Assembly: GCA_029856365.1 (NCBI GenBank)
Contig: JAHQWW010000007.1
Coordinates: 10,863-74,862, forward strand
DNA length: 64,000 nucleotides
Source of the DNA: Candidatus Hodarchaeota archaeon
Lineage (GTDB): Archaea > Asgardarchaeota > Heimdallarchaeia > Hodarchaeales > Hodarchaeaceae
Direction of reading: 5' to 3'
Below the pieces are notes generated by a model that had not been told where the DNA came from, did no database searches, and worked only from the letters and a program-made list of their open reading frames with translations. Position 1 is the first letter of the stretch. Every line of letters starts with the position of its first letter. Shown one piece after another: positions 1 to 10,697 of the stretch. Both the position numbers and the translations under genes were made by a program.

Positions 1-1
1 T

Positions 2-2452
2 TTACTCTCAAGGTCGAGAAAACCTGGAGGTTTTAGATTGAGATATGGTCTATCACGTAATACTAGTCAAGGTGCAGCAGGAATCCATCCTGCAACAATG
101 TACCTGACCGAAATGCTCTCTCCAGGCACAAACATAAAAATTGATTTCATGGAACGGCCACTTACAATATTTCCAGTTTCCAGCTTATCTGGTCCATTTG
201 TTGAATTAAAGGATGGTTCAAGCGAGAGAATTGAATCTTTAGCGAGAATTTGTGATATAGAAAATCAGGTAGTGCAGATCTGGGAAATGGGAGACATTCT
301 ACTCTCTCCTGATGATATTCCTGTTACTGAAACTGTCGAATTATCTGCTTGGACAGAAGAATGGTGGAGTCAAGAAATCAAGCACTATATTTACTCGAAA
401 ATGAGATCGCTAGAGAATTTTGCATTAAGTCTAAATATTAACCCCAAAAAGTTAGAAGATTTGTTAACAGAACCAACCCAGTGTAAACCCTCTCCGGAAA
501 TTGCTCTTAATCTAAGTAAGATAAGTAATATACCTATTCATCCCTTCTATTCTTTTAACTGGAATGAAATTGCTATAAGTGATCTAATAAGATTAATTCA
601 GAAACTCAATGATTCCAGTGATGGCTTACTTCCTAATGAAGATGATTTAAAGGAAATTCTTAGACGATTAGGTGTCCCCTTCATTATTTATAAAGATTAC
701 ATTCAAACAGAACGATTTCAATTATTTATTCGAGCATTAAGAGGAAAAGAAGACCAATTAACTAAGTTCATTTCAAAATCATTAAAACCAATAGAAATCG
801 AAAAATTAATTCCAATCCTTACAAAGATTCCTGTACGATCATTATGTCAAAGAAGAATCGGATTGAAAATCATTCGAGTTGAAAAAGCGGAACCTCGACA
901 TATAAATCCACCAGCACACGTACTTTTCCCCATTAGTTCTCATGGTGGTGCCCAAAGAAATCTTTTAAAAGTTAAAAACACAACTAGTGTAGATATTCAG
1001 GTTTCCGAAAGGTTCTGTGAAACATGTAAGGAATCTACCTTTGTTTCATATTGTCTAAAATGCCAACAGAAAACCAAGCAACAATTTGTTTGTAAAAAGG
1101 GGCACATTTCTAGCACACAAACATGTATGGAATGTGGCCAATATGCTTTTTCTGCAAGAGTTAAACCTGTTGATGTGGCAAGATTATTGGAATCAGGCTT
1201 TCAACAGGTAGGATCTCTTGAATTAAAAATAGTTAAAGGAGTTTCCTTTCTCAACAGCAAGAACCGAATACCCGAACACATCATTAAAGGCATATTACGA
1301 GCAAAACACAAAATTTTTGTTTACAAGGACGGGACAAGCCGTTTTGATCAAACCAATGCGCATCTCACCCACTTTACTCCTGAAGAAATTCATATCTCCA
1401 TCAAGGATCTCATAAGATTAGGGTATTCTCACGATGTTAATGGAAATGACTTAACCCAAGAAAATCAGTTAATTGAGATTAATCCTTATGATGTAATAGT
1501 GAGTAAAGCAGCAGGTAATTTTCTTGTAAATTTATCCAATTTCATTGATGATGAATTAGTCTTTTTGTATGATCTTTCACCTTATTATAGAATATATTCA
1601 CTTAAGGATATTATGGGCTCTTTAATTGTGGGTTTGTCACCTTTTTCGATGGTAGCTGTTATAGGTAGAGTAATTGGTTACACGGATAATAATGTTACTT
1701 ATGCTCATCCTCTTTGGCACCTATTAAAAACTCGAAATTGTAACGGGGATATAGACTCAATGACACTGCTCTTAGATGTATTACTTAATTTTTCTACTGA
1801 ATTTATTCCTGCTTCGCGTGGGGGGACAATGGATGCACCATTTATAATCAATCTTTCTGATAAATGGGAAGATACTTCAGTCTATGCAAATTATGATTCT
1901 GTATCGATGAATCTTTTATTTTATAGGAATCTAACTGAAAATCCTTTAAAAGATGAATTATTGTCTTACAAAAAGTCATACCTCATGCCCTCTTTTCCCA
2001 AATTTCATACGATAGATAATATTTCTCATTATAACTTCGAGAATCGTTTTCGTGAGAGTAAAATAGTTTCCAAAATTGAGACCGAATTACGGGTTCTCAG
2101 CCGCATTCGGGGGGTAAAGGAAGGGGAGTTTGTTGAAAATATATTAGAAAACGATTTCCTGCCAAAAATTGCGACCTCATTGACTCGTTTCTTTCTTCAA
2201 CCTGTACGATGCAATACATGTAATACTACCTTCAGACGGATCCCTCTTACAAAATGCCCTGTATGTCATCATCAGAATATGGGACTCACTTTATCAGAAG
2301 GATGGGTTTTAAGATATTTACAAATAATTAACCAGTTAAGAGATAGATATTATACAGACATTTCTGAATATTGTCAATCCTGGGTTGAACTGATTGAATT
2401 AAATAAACGTTTATTATTCGATAAAGGCCCTCGTCCAACAACACTATTTTAA
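2..2452 (+). CDS. polC: DNA polymerase D large subunit DP2, 5'-partial, divergent (catalytic motif NCNGDID)
   Basis: Frame is open from nt 2 (SRKPGGFRLRYGLSRNT). DP2 motifs KGILRAKHKIFVYKDGTSRFD, GRVIG, AHP..H..K.RNC.GD.D, LLLDVLLNFS, RGGTMDAP and C-terminal CxxC..RRIPL..CPxC are present. Confidence 0.93.
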   Translation, partial: LLSRSRKPGGFRLRYGLSRNTSQGAAGIHPATMYLTEMLSPGTNIKIDFMERPLTIFPVSSLSGPFVELKDGSSERIESLARICDIENQVVQIWEMGDILLSPDDIPVTETVELSAWTEEWWSQEIKHYIYSKMRSLENFALSLNINPKKLEDLLTEPTQCKPSPEIALNLSKISNIPIHPFYSFNWNEIAISDLIRLIQKLNDSSDGLLPNEDDLKEILRRLGVPFIIYKDYIQTERFQLFIRALRGKEDQLTKFISKSLKPIEIEKLIPILTKIPVRSLCQRRIGLKIIRVEKAEPRHINPPAHVLFPISSHGGAQRNLLKVKNTTSVDIQVSERFCETCKESTFVSYCLKCQQKTKQQFVCKKGHISSTQTCMECGQYAFSARVKPVDVARLLESGFQQVGSLELKIVKGVSFLNSKNRIPEHIIKGILRAKHKIFVYKDGTSRFDQTNAHLTHFTPEEIHISIKDLIRLGYSHDVNGNDLTQENQLIEINPYDVIVSKAAGNFLVNLSNFIDDELVFLYDLSPYYRIYSLKDIMGSLIVGLSPFSMVAVIGRVIGYTDNNVTYAHPLWHLLKTRNCNGDIDSMTLLLDVLLNFSTEFIPASRGGTMDAPFIINLSDKWEDTSVYANYDSVSMNLLFYRNLTENPLKDELLSYKKSYLMPSFPKFHTIDNISHYNFENRFRESKIVSKIETELRVLSRIRGVKEGEFVENILENDFLPKIATSLTRFFLQPVRCNTCNTTFRRIPLTKCPVCHHQNMGLTLSEGWVLRYLQIINQLRDRYYTDISEYCQSWVELIELNKRLLFDKGPRPTTLF

Positions 2453-2675
2453 AGAAAGAAAATTTATCAATTATAAAGGCCTTCTGTTTCATCAGATTTC
2501 ATCCAGTTACGAGGATATACTCAGAAAACCCCGAGGAGTATTATAGAGAGAATTATAAATTTAAGATTTTGAAATCATTAATGAAAAAGTTTTTTTAGTT
2601 GATAAGAATAAAGAACTTAGATTATTCTTACCGCAAAGAAAAGAAAAAGATGCGAGGAAAAACTCACATCCGCAG

Positions 2676-3332
2676 GTGATTAAAGGGTTGATAGATAACG
2701 AGAAAGAGGTTTTAATAGGCAATCTACTGAAAACTTTGACAACTGGGAGTGTATCGAAGCAAAATAAAGGGATTATATCGATGCCAAGTGACCAACCTGT
2801 GACAGAAGCGGCAAAATTGATGGTAGAGAATCGGATAGGTTCTATCATTATTAAAAATAACCAAATTGAAGGAATTATCACAAAGGGGGATATTATCAAT
2901 CGTGTGGTAGGCCGTGCTTTAGACCCAGGAATTGTTGTAGTTGATGATGTTATGAGTAAACCTGTTTCTTATGTCTCTGAAGATGAAACTTTAGAGAACA
3001 CTATGTTACTAATGGGTCAGGAAAACATCGAACGGATTTTAGTGGTTAAAGATAATGATCTTTCTCAACCTTTAGGGATCGTTTCCACAAATGATATACT
3101 TAAATTTGCTCCAGGATTACTTCGAATTCACAGAGAGCGTCTTCTTATCGAAAATTTTTCTGGAAAGCACCCTGATGATAATAATCGCGAATCTATGAGG
3201 TTTGAAGGTTTTTGTGATGATTGTGGCAACTATTCGGATACTCTCAAAACAGCTAATGGCTATACATTATGTCCAGCCTGTATGGGATCTCAACCAGAAG
3301 AAGAGCAATCCCCTGATGATGATATTATGTGA
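2676..3332 (+). CDS. CBS-domain pair protein with C-terminal Zn ribbon
   Basis: Tandem CBS motifs (EAAKLMVENRIGS..GIITKGDI; VMSKPV..GIVSTNDI) and a CDDCG...CPAC tail. True start may be downstream. Confidence 0.85.
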   Translation: MIKGLIDNEKEVLIGNLLKTLTTGSVSKQNKGIISMPSDQPVTEAAKLMVENRIGSIIIKNNQIEGIITKGDIINRVVGRALDPGIVVVDDVMSKPVSYVSEDETLENTMLLMGQENIERILVVKDNDLSQPLGIVSTNDILKFAPGLLRIHRERLLIENFSGKHPDDNNRESMRFEGFCDDCGNYSDTLKTANGYTLCPACMGSQPEEEQSPDDDIM

Positions 3333-3383
3333 ACAACATCCTATCCACGCAACGGAACTTCGTTGGTGAAATCAAATGTGGCT

Positions 3384-5429
3384 TTAATTATTTTTCTTCT
3401 CTAATTTTGAATACTCCACCCTAGATATAACTGAATCGTGTGGAATTGCTTGGACAAATTCATTCAAGTCAATTGCCCGTATTTTAGCTTTTTTTTCAGG
3501 AGAAACAGCCTTTTTTATGAAAATCTGATTAATTTGTTTTGCTATTTTACCTTTTGACTTAGAACCTGGTTTAATAATTACTGTTATGGGACTTCGCGAG
3601 CGAATATTCTCCTCAGAACCGTAAATAACTTTTGCATTGAATTCATCAACTTGAACTCCGATCGCTAAGGCCATTTCTACTCCTCTAACATAATTTCTTG
3701 TACCCCGAATCATTATTCCTCCTTTGGGGATATATTCGCCAGTTGGTGCGGAAAAACTTGCACTCTTAGCTGGCACATAATAAACGTCAATGGCACCATA
3801 TCCAGCTTTCCAACCACTCGAAAACACTGCAGCTAAGAGTGCTGCATCAGCAAAATCTTGGTCTGTAACATTTTTTTCACTGGTATCACGAATTAAAATA
3901 GTATAAGGAGCTCCTTGTAATTCCGCATGAAAAAAGATATCATTTTCTTTCATACGTCGTTTTACAATTTCCTCGTTACTAGAGATGTCTTTTCCACCAA
4001 TTATTAGAAATTTATTTCGGGTATTTGTCCAATGGTACTTTTCATACCATTTTCTTTTTCTTCGTTTCAATGTAATGCTTTCTACTATTTTTTGTTCTGA
4101 AAGATTTTTAGTTAATAAATTAATTTTTCTTTCCGTTTCAAGTATAGCCTCATTAGCAGGGGTTATTTTGCGAGCAGCCTTTTTCGCACGTTGATAATAC
4201 TCGTTTGCAATCTCAGTTGCTGATTTCCGAAAGTTTACTTCAATTATTTCAGAGTTAAGATTGATACGAATAGTACCCCGTTCTGGACAAATCTCCTCTA
4301 GAATTTTTGCTGAATGTATTCCTTGTTCCTTTGCAATTTCTAATTTGTTCTGAATTACTGGCCAGGCAATGTTTTTTTTCCGAGCTATAACAATAGATGA
4401 TAATAATTCGTCAATATCATTTAATTGAAGAAAAATATTATCCCCCAGATCCTTGTAAAGCTTTTTCTTTTTTTTAAATCCTTCAAGGGTCTGTTTTTGC
4501 GCCTCTAAAACCTTGAGTAGCTTCTTTTTTTTCTGATCATGCTGTTTAAGGCCAACAGAAACTATAGGGGATATATTCATATAGTAAAAATCTAATACGT
4601 GAGAAAAACTTTCGAAATATCGGATTTCTCCAGATATAGATTTGAAGTCAATAGGGTGAAAAGATAACGGTTTTTCATTTGAATCTAGGGCTATCGAGGG
4701 TTTCAGTTCTAGTAAATCTTTCTTAATATCCATAGTGGATTGTAGAATTCGATTAATTTCTTCATTACTAATTTCCTTATTCTTCGTCTTTTTGGAAATG
4801 TTGGCTCGTGCCAGTAATTCCTCCATCAAATCTCCTCCTCCTCCAGCTTTCCGAGCTAATGTCCGTACAATTTCCTCATCTTCAACCTCTTCAGCAGAGA
4901 GAATCTGAGTAATTTCTTCGTAGTTCATATCTAAAATTGATTTTCCACGACTAGGTGGAAGTTCGAATTCTTTTCCAGGTAACACATCACGATGGCGCAT
5001 TTTTCTATACCAAAGTGCTGAAATTACTCTGTTTTGATTCCCAACAACAACTATATTCGGACGATTACCAAAAATCTCAACATAAACTCGATATTCCTGT
5101 TTTCCTCTCAATTTAATTTCTACTAATCTGTCAAAATCAACTTGACGAATACCGATCACTTCAGCTCCTTTCAGATGACTTCTTAGACCCATAATTTTGT
5201 CAGAAGGTCTTTCAGGAACAGGGTGTTTCACCTCTGTCAAATGTAATCGTATTCCTGGCTCAATCAGGAGAAATGGATCTTTAAAAGGGCCTTTCCCCTT
5301 GAACCTGAAAAGGAAATATTTTTCTGTTGAATCACGATAGATATTAGCGACTCTATAACCTATTAGCCCTTGCAATTCTTTCGAAATGGCATAAATGTCT
5401 AAACTAGACATTCTCCTCACGCCTTGCAC
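3384..5429 (-). CDS. rqcH: Ribosome quality control factor, NFACT/Rqc2/NEMF family (archaeal RqcH)
   Basis: N-terminal MSSLDI, RQVDFDRLV, coiled coil, WYEKYHW, GGKD...NE, FFHAELQGAP and APTGEYIPKG match the NFACT family. Confidence 0.92.
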   Translation of the reverse strand: MQGVRRMSSLDIYAISKELQGLIGYRVANIYRDSTEKYFLFRFKGKGPFKDPFLLIEPGIRLHLTEVKHPVPERPSDKIMGLRSHLKGAEVIGIRQVDFDRLVEIKLRGKQEYRVYVEIFGNRPNIVVVGNQNRVISALWYRKMRHRDVLPGKEFELPPSRGKSILDMNYEEITQILSAEEVEDEEIVRTLARKAGGGGDLMEELLARANISKKTKNKEISNEEINRILQSTMDIKKDLLELKPSIALDSNEKPLSFHPIDFKSISGEIRYFESFSHVLDFYYMNISPIVSVGLKQHDQKKKKLLKVLEAQKQTLEGFKKKKKLYKDLGDNIFLQLNDIDELLSSIVIARKKNIAWPVIQNKLEIAKEQGIHSAKILEEICPERGTIRINLNSEIIEVNFRKSATEIANEYYQRAKKAARKITPANEAILETERKINLLTKNLSEQKIVESITLKRRKRKWYEKYHWTNTRNKFLIIGGKDISSNEEIVKRRMKENDIFFHAELQGAPYTILIRDTSEKNVTDQDFADAALLAAVFSSGWKAGYGAIDVYYVPAKSASFSAPTGEYIPKGGIMIRGTRNYVRGVEMALAIGVQVDEFNAKVIYGSEENIRSRSPITVIIKPGSKSKGKIAKQINQIFIKKAVSPEKKAKIRAIDLNEFVQAIPHDSVISRVEYSKLEKKNN

Positions 5430-5664
5430 ACAGCTCCTTTCTCAATTGAATCGATGTTTATTAATAGAATCCTAAGTTTCGAGTATTAAGCCAACCTAGG
5501 TATATTTATTAATGATCGTAATATTTATCATATGTAATTGTTGTCAGAATAATCATACAATAAATGGAAAATTAGCTGGAGATTAGAATAAGAAGAAAAT
5601 TAAATCCTCTATAAATCAATTGAATAATAGAATATCATTCTTACTATACAAAGGTTGAATTCTC

Positions 5665-6231
5665 ATGACAACACAAAGAACAAAGACAGCAAATCCCATA
5701 TTAAACACTTTTGCTGTTTTTGGAGTAGGCACAGCTGTTCTAGGGGGAGTGGCAACGCTAACAGTATCTTCTTTTGAGTTTAATGAAATCTATACGCAAA
5801 TGTTTAAGGGAATGTTCCTTTCATTTGATAATCTAATAGATTTTTGGGCTGTTTTTGTCGCATGGGCACTTGCAGGTATGGTTGCAGGGGTTCGAGCAAA
5901 GAATGGATTTTGGGGCGCAATAGCAGGATTTTTCGGCACATTGTTAGGAGTAGGTTTGTTAGCTGTTTTAAATCTAGCAGCATTGGAAGAATCAACCGCT
6001 ATTCTTGAGTTTGGTTTAGGAACAGCTGCCTGTGTCATAGTAACTTGTGCGGCAGCTTATATAACTGGTAGTGCTACAAAAGTAAAAGTTAAACCTGCAA
6101 AACCAAAACCAACAAGAAAAGTATGGACGGCTTCCAAAGAAAAAGAAGTATGGACCTGTAACCGCTGTGGTAACAGCATTCCTCCAGGGGCCTTTTCATG
6201 TCCAAGTTGTGGAGAACCAGTTATTGAATGA
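5665..6231 (+). CDS. Membrane protein (~4 TM) with C-terminal Zn ribbon
   Basis: Four Gly/Ala-rich hydrophobic segments, a basic linker and WTCNRCG...CPSCG. Confidence 0.7.
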   Translation: MTTQRTKTANPILNTFAVFGVGTAVLGGVATLTVSSFEFNEIYTQMFKGMFLSFDNLIDFWAVFVAWALAGMVAGVRAKNGFWGAIAGFFGTLLGVGLLAVLNLAALEESTAILEFGLGTAACVIVTCAAAYITGSATKVKVKPAKPKPTRKVWTASKEKEVWTCNRCGNSIPPGAFSCPSCGEPVIE

Positions 6232-6298
6232 AGAAAATTTTTATTACCGAAATTTAGAAAAGAGAAATGATGTATTTTTGCCTGGGAAGCAAAAATAC

Positions 6299-6826
6299 TT
6301 ATAGAATTCTTTTCTGTCGTAAATCTTCAAGCTGACTTGATCTTTTGTCAATTTCAATTAACAACTTATCCATTACCTCATCTAGGTCAGAAAATTTTTT
6401 GTTTTCAATAACTGTATGGAGATCGTTATCTACTGATCCAAGCTCATTAGACCTAAGAGACTTATAGGAATTCCGTACAATTGGTTCCATTTGCTTTAGA
6501 GCTAGAACGAGACCCCTAGACAGCTGAGTACCTCGCTCTAGTAGATCACTTGCCAAGATTTCAATCCCATTCAGTTCCATCAGTAGATCTGTTATGTCCC
6601 AATAATGTTCTTTTAGTTCTTCCAGAAGAACTCCAATTCTCTTGAATCTCCGTTTTTTCTCATCCACACTATCAGCCCCGTTAGTAGAGGCCCTTAAGTA
6701 GGAAGCATGTGTCCGTAATTCCTCGTAAAAATCTGAAACAATGGTACGATGGTTTTCTAATTCACGTACCAACCGAGTTATCTCGGAAGCAATAGAAGTA
6801 GAGGTGCGAAACTCGGTGTTGTTCAA
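6299..6826 (-). CDS. Hypothetical alpha-helical/coiled-coil protein
   Basis: 175-aa ORF with heptad Leu/Glu pattern. TTG start is preceded by GGAGA. Confidence 0.6.
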   Translation of the reverse strand: MNNTEFRTSTSIASEITRLVRELENHRTIVSDFYEELRTHASYLRASTNGADSVDEKKRRFKRIGVLLEELKEHYWDITDLLMELNGIEILASDLLERGTQLSRGLVLALKQMEPIVRNSYKSLRSNELGSVDNDLHTVIENKKFSDLDEVMDKLLIEIDKRSSQLEDLRQKRIL

Positions 6827-7055
6827 CTCTTAATATCTCCTTTCGTTTTAGCCAAAAATAACTGGATAGGGGAAAGAACACTTTATTAATGCAAGTCTAA
6901 TAGACAAAACATTTGTTGGTACTAAAACACCGTAAGATTGCAATTAAGCCTGATATTATCCTGAATAAAAAGCTTTTCGCAATTATTCATTATAATTATT
7001 AAATTACCTTGTATATATCCTGTAGTTTAATCCAATCGTTAAGACTTATATTGGA

Positions 7056-8405
7056 TTAGTGAAACTCTTGATACTTCTCACGGATTGTAATTTCTCCTTT
7101 CAAATTTTGTTTCATTAATTCCTTGACTTTTTCCTTTTCACGATAATTTCCTAGGAGATATGCTAGCTTTATATATGCTATTTCGGGTAGAATGTTGAAT
7201 GCATGGATAACACCAGCTTTTTGGAGTCTTCTTCCGCTTTCATATACCGATAGAGCTGTAAAACCATGTAGACATTGAGTAGTCATTACAATAATCATCT
7301 CATTCTCAATAGCTTTTTCAATTGTAGGAATTAAATTGAATGAAACGTGTCCAAGTCCAGTTCCTACTAACACGATTCCTTTAAATCCGGCTTCGATACA
7401 GTAATCTAATATCCCTGGTTGGATACCAGGATAATGGTAAATGAGTCCGACCTTCTCTTCAAAGTTTTTCGTGATATGAACAGGTTTATTTTTCAGTTTG
7501 GCCTTTATAGGTAGATTCTCCTCTTCCATTTCATAAATTATTTTTCCTTCAGTAATTCTACCTAATGGACTTCCTCCAATCGACTTAAATGTATCTCTTC
7601 GACTACTATGCATTTTTCGGACTCTTGTACCTCTATGTATGGTACAAGAAGTGTCTGACGATTTTTCATGCATGACAACTACTACTTCTTTTTTTGCTTG
7701 AGGAGAAGCTGCATATAATACTGAATTATATAGATTAAAGAAGGCATCTGAGGAAGGGCGATCAGAAGACCGCTGAGAACCAGTAATAACGATTGGGAAA
7801 GGTGGATTTGTAATCGAAAAAGAGAGGGCAGCAGCAGTAAAAGCCATTGTATCAGTACCGTGTGTCAGTACAATTCCTTGAGGTGTTTTATTTTGGATTA
7901 AGTGTTCAATTTCTGTCAAGATTTTGATATAGTGTTAAAAAGTAATGTTCTCTGAAAAGATATCAAATAAGAGTCTTGTTTCAACCCGAGCCAATTCTGC
8001 AATTTCAGGAAAAGATGAGAAAAGCTCCTCAGGAGTCAAAGCTGGAATTGTCCCTCCAGTTTGGTAATCCAAGCGAGAAGCAATTGTACCTCCGCAACCT
8101 AATATGGGAACAAAGGGTAATTCAGGTTTTTGGGTTACATTGACCTTTGGAACGTGGTATCTACCTTCAAAACGGCCAATTTTTTTGATCCTATATGTCT
8201 CCCTCGGATTGAATCCAATATTATAACCTGTAGATAGCTTTAGACTAATAAAATCAGTTTCAGCTAGTTCATTCCTTGGTAGTATTACTCCTTTTAGTGA
8301 AGAACCAGCCTTAGTAACCTCTATTTCATCCCAAACTTTTAAACCTTGATTTTTCAACCAATCTAATGTAGATCCTCTGTATCCAGTATATTTCTCTTCC
8401 GACAT
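7056..8405 (-). pseudogene. gatD: Glu-tRNA(Gln) amidotransferase subunit D, interrupted by one in-frame TAA (7935-7937); real nonsense allele or sequence error
   Basis: ORFs 7935..8405 (KLSTGYNIG, GGTIASRLDY.TG) and 7056..7919 (HGTDTM, GSQRSSDRPSSD, RKMHSSRRD) are in the same frame and read ...ENITF*HYIKILTEIE... Confidence 0.85.
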
Positions 8406-8430
8406 CTTAATTGTCTCTTATTATTTATTT

Positions 8431-10350
8431 CTAAACTTGTTTTTTCAAGTGTTTACGTAACTCTTCACTCACAATCTTTCCATCTATTTTCCCACGGGCT
8501 TTTTTCATTACTAATCCCATTAAAGGAGAAAAAGCATCCATCCCACGTTTTTTTACAAGCTCCTGAGAGGTTTTTAGAACCTCGAGAATTATTGTGTTTA
8601 ATTCTTCTTGTGACATTTCACCACCGAAGTGATTCACGATATCTGTCAATGACTTTGTAGGATCTTTACCAAGATTAGTTAAAATATCTGGAATTGCTTC
8701 TTTGGCGAATTTATTCAACACTAGTGCCTCAAAAATTTTTAATAAATGAGCCTCAGTTATATTATTGATATCAACTCCCTCTCTCGAGATAGCGGTCAAG
8801 GTTTGAGTTAAAGTTGTCACAACTGCCTTGATAGGAGCCCCTTTTTCTATTAATTCTTCAAAAATGTCAGCTTTCTCCTCATAGATTAAAGATTCAGCTA
8901 ATTCGTTAGAAATAGAATATTGTTTGTTTAGCCGCTTAATTCGAGCCATAAAATTTTCAGGTAGATTTTTTTCCATCTTAATAACTCGATTTGAGTCAAT
9001 CACTATAGGGGGAAGATCTGTATCTGGATACAGCCTACTCCTACCATGTAAATCTCTTGTGAAGGTAGAAATTCCATTATCATCAACATGTCGAGTTTCT
9101 TGATGAACACCATTGAAAGCAGCAAGTAATCTCTCGTGTACAAAGGAAAGGGCCCTTTGTGCTTCTTCTTTTTTTCCGATTACAATAATAAAAGCTTTTT
9201 TCTGACATTCTTTTGATAATTCATAGATTTCTCTCTCAGAAAAGTTATATTTCAATAAATCCTCATCACTATGGATTATTCCTTTTAGATTAGTGAACGA
9301 TTTAACCCGATCGGAGAGCTCTGTTCCAAATCGTTTATTTGGCTGCAATTCTCGACTTAATAATCCTTGAAATCCAGCAATAGGAAGCATTAAAACTCTT
9401 TTCTTTCGTTTAAAGGCTGATTTAATTATATCAGAAGAAGTGTCTGAAAAAACCTTTGTAACATCAAAAATCTGAAGAGGAATGTCTTGAGGCTGAATGT
9501 TTCGTCTTTGAAGTTCCTTTTGAATAGATATCAAACCCAGTTGTCTTTGGATTTCGATATCAATAGCAATAGGGATCAATTGAAGTAATTGAATCCCCTT
9601 TAACTCAATCCGTTCTCCCTCAGATATACTCACATTTACGTCCTGTCGGACTTTTCCTAATCCTTTACGTACTATTCCAGACGATTTGATTAACATTCCT
9701 AATGTTTTTGCTGCAGAAACTACTTCTGAAGGGGAACTTAAGCTATGATCTGTTACGATCTCAATTAATGGTATTCCTAAACGATCTAATTTGAAAAAGA
9801 TGTTTTTACCCTTGGTTCGATCATTATCCCTACGAGCGGCATCTTCTTCAATATAAATCCAAGAAATAGGTAATTTCTTTTCCTCAATCATCGAAGGATC
9901 TTTCTTAAAGGTTACATATCCATCATAACCAATAAGGACTGTTCTTTGAAATCCACAGGGAACAGAACCGTCTAAATAATTCTTTCTGCAAATATTTGTT
10001 TCTTCAACAATCTTACAGTTCATCATTTTTGCCAATTTTATAGAATCATAGAGAGCTTCATCATTGATTGGAAGGGGAGGTGTTTCGTCTAATTCATAAA
10101 TACAAACACTATCAAAGACTTCATAAAAAATGGTATGATCTTTCTTAAACTCAATAAGTAAAGCTGGGTCATACACTCCCATCTCACCTAATACTGGGCG
10201 AAACTTACGTTGAACAATAGCTTGTGGTTTCTCATTTGTCAAGATTGCGGGACAATGACAAAATAATTTTTTTTCGGTAGAAAGCTGTGCGTGAATTTCT
10301 AACCCTGCTTTGAAACCCAAATTGTCGTAATCAAACATTTTTTCAGTCAT
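8431..10350 (-). CDS. gatE: Glu-tRNA(Gln) amidotransferase subunit E
   Basis: GLEIHAQL, KLFCHC, DGSVPCGFQRT, EEDAAR, LDRLGIPLIEI, RQDVNVSI, RLYPDTDLPP. ATG at 10350 is preferred over the upstream TTG. Confidence 0.95.
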   Translation of the reverse strand: MTEKMFDYDNLGFKAGLEIHAQLSTEKKLFCHCPAILTNEKPQAIVQRKFRPVLGEMGVYDPALLIEFKKDHTIFYEVFDSVCIYELDETPPLPINDEALYDSIKLAKMMNCKIVEETNICRKNYLDGSVPCGFQRTVLIGYDGYVTFKKDPSMIEEKKLPISWIYIEEDAARRDNDRTKGKNIFFKLDRLGIPLIEIVTDHSLSSPSEVVSAAKTLGMLIKSSGIVRKGLGKVRQDVNVSISEGERIELKGIQLLQLIPIAIDIEIQRQLGLISIQKELQRRNIQPQDIPLQIFDVTKVFSDTSSDIIKSAFKRKKRVLMLPIAGFQGLLSRELQPNKRFGTELSDRVKSFTNLKGIIHSDEDLLKYNFSEREIYELSKECQKKAFIIVIGKKEEAQRALSFVHERLLAAFNGVHQETRHVDDNGISTFTRDLHGRSRLYPDTDLPPIVIDSNRVIKMEKNLPENFMARIKRLNKQYSISNELAESLIYEEKADIFEELIEKGAPIKAVVTTLTQTLTAISREGVDINNITEAHLLKIFEALVLNKFAKEAIPDILTNLGKDPTKSLTDIVNHFGGEMSQEELNTIILEVLKTSQELVKKRGMDAFSPLMGLVMKKARGKIDGKIVSEELRKHLKKQV

Positions 10351-10697
10351 TGTGCATCGCATCCAATTGATTACCAAGAATTTGTGAGGAAGATCAAGAT
10401 TAAAAGCCCAGACTTTTAACAATAGTTCATTAAACTAGTTTAACAAAAAACTAGGGACAATCCTGTCTTCAACCAGATAGAATATCCTATATCCTAGAGA
10501 TAAGAACTATTTTAAAAACAATTTTTGGCTGATTGATAACACTATCTGGATCCAAATGGACATATGAATATATATGAAATAATCTCTGATTTCTATTCAG
10601 CCTATAAAGTATAGAAGTAAAAATTTTTAATTTCTGTTCTGTTTCCTACATTCTATGATTAGAAACTTTATTATTGATTGTTCTTGAAGGTAATTTC

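Noticed and set aside
7935-7937. Selenocysteine/pyrrolysine recoding to explain the gatD stop
   Set aside because: The codon is TAA, not TGA or TAG, and TAA is used as a normal stop throughout the window.
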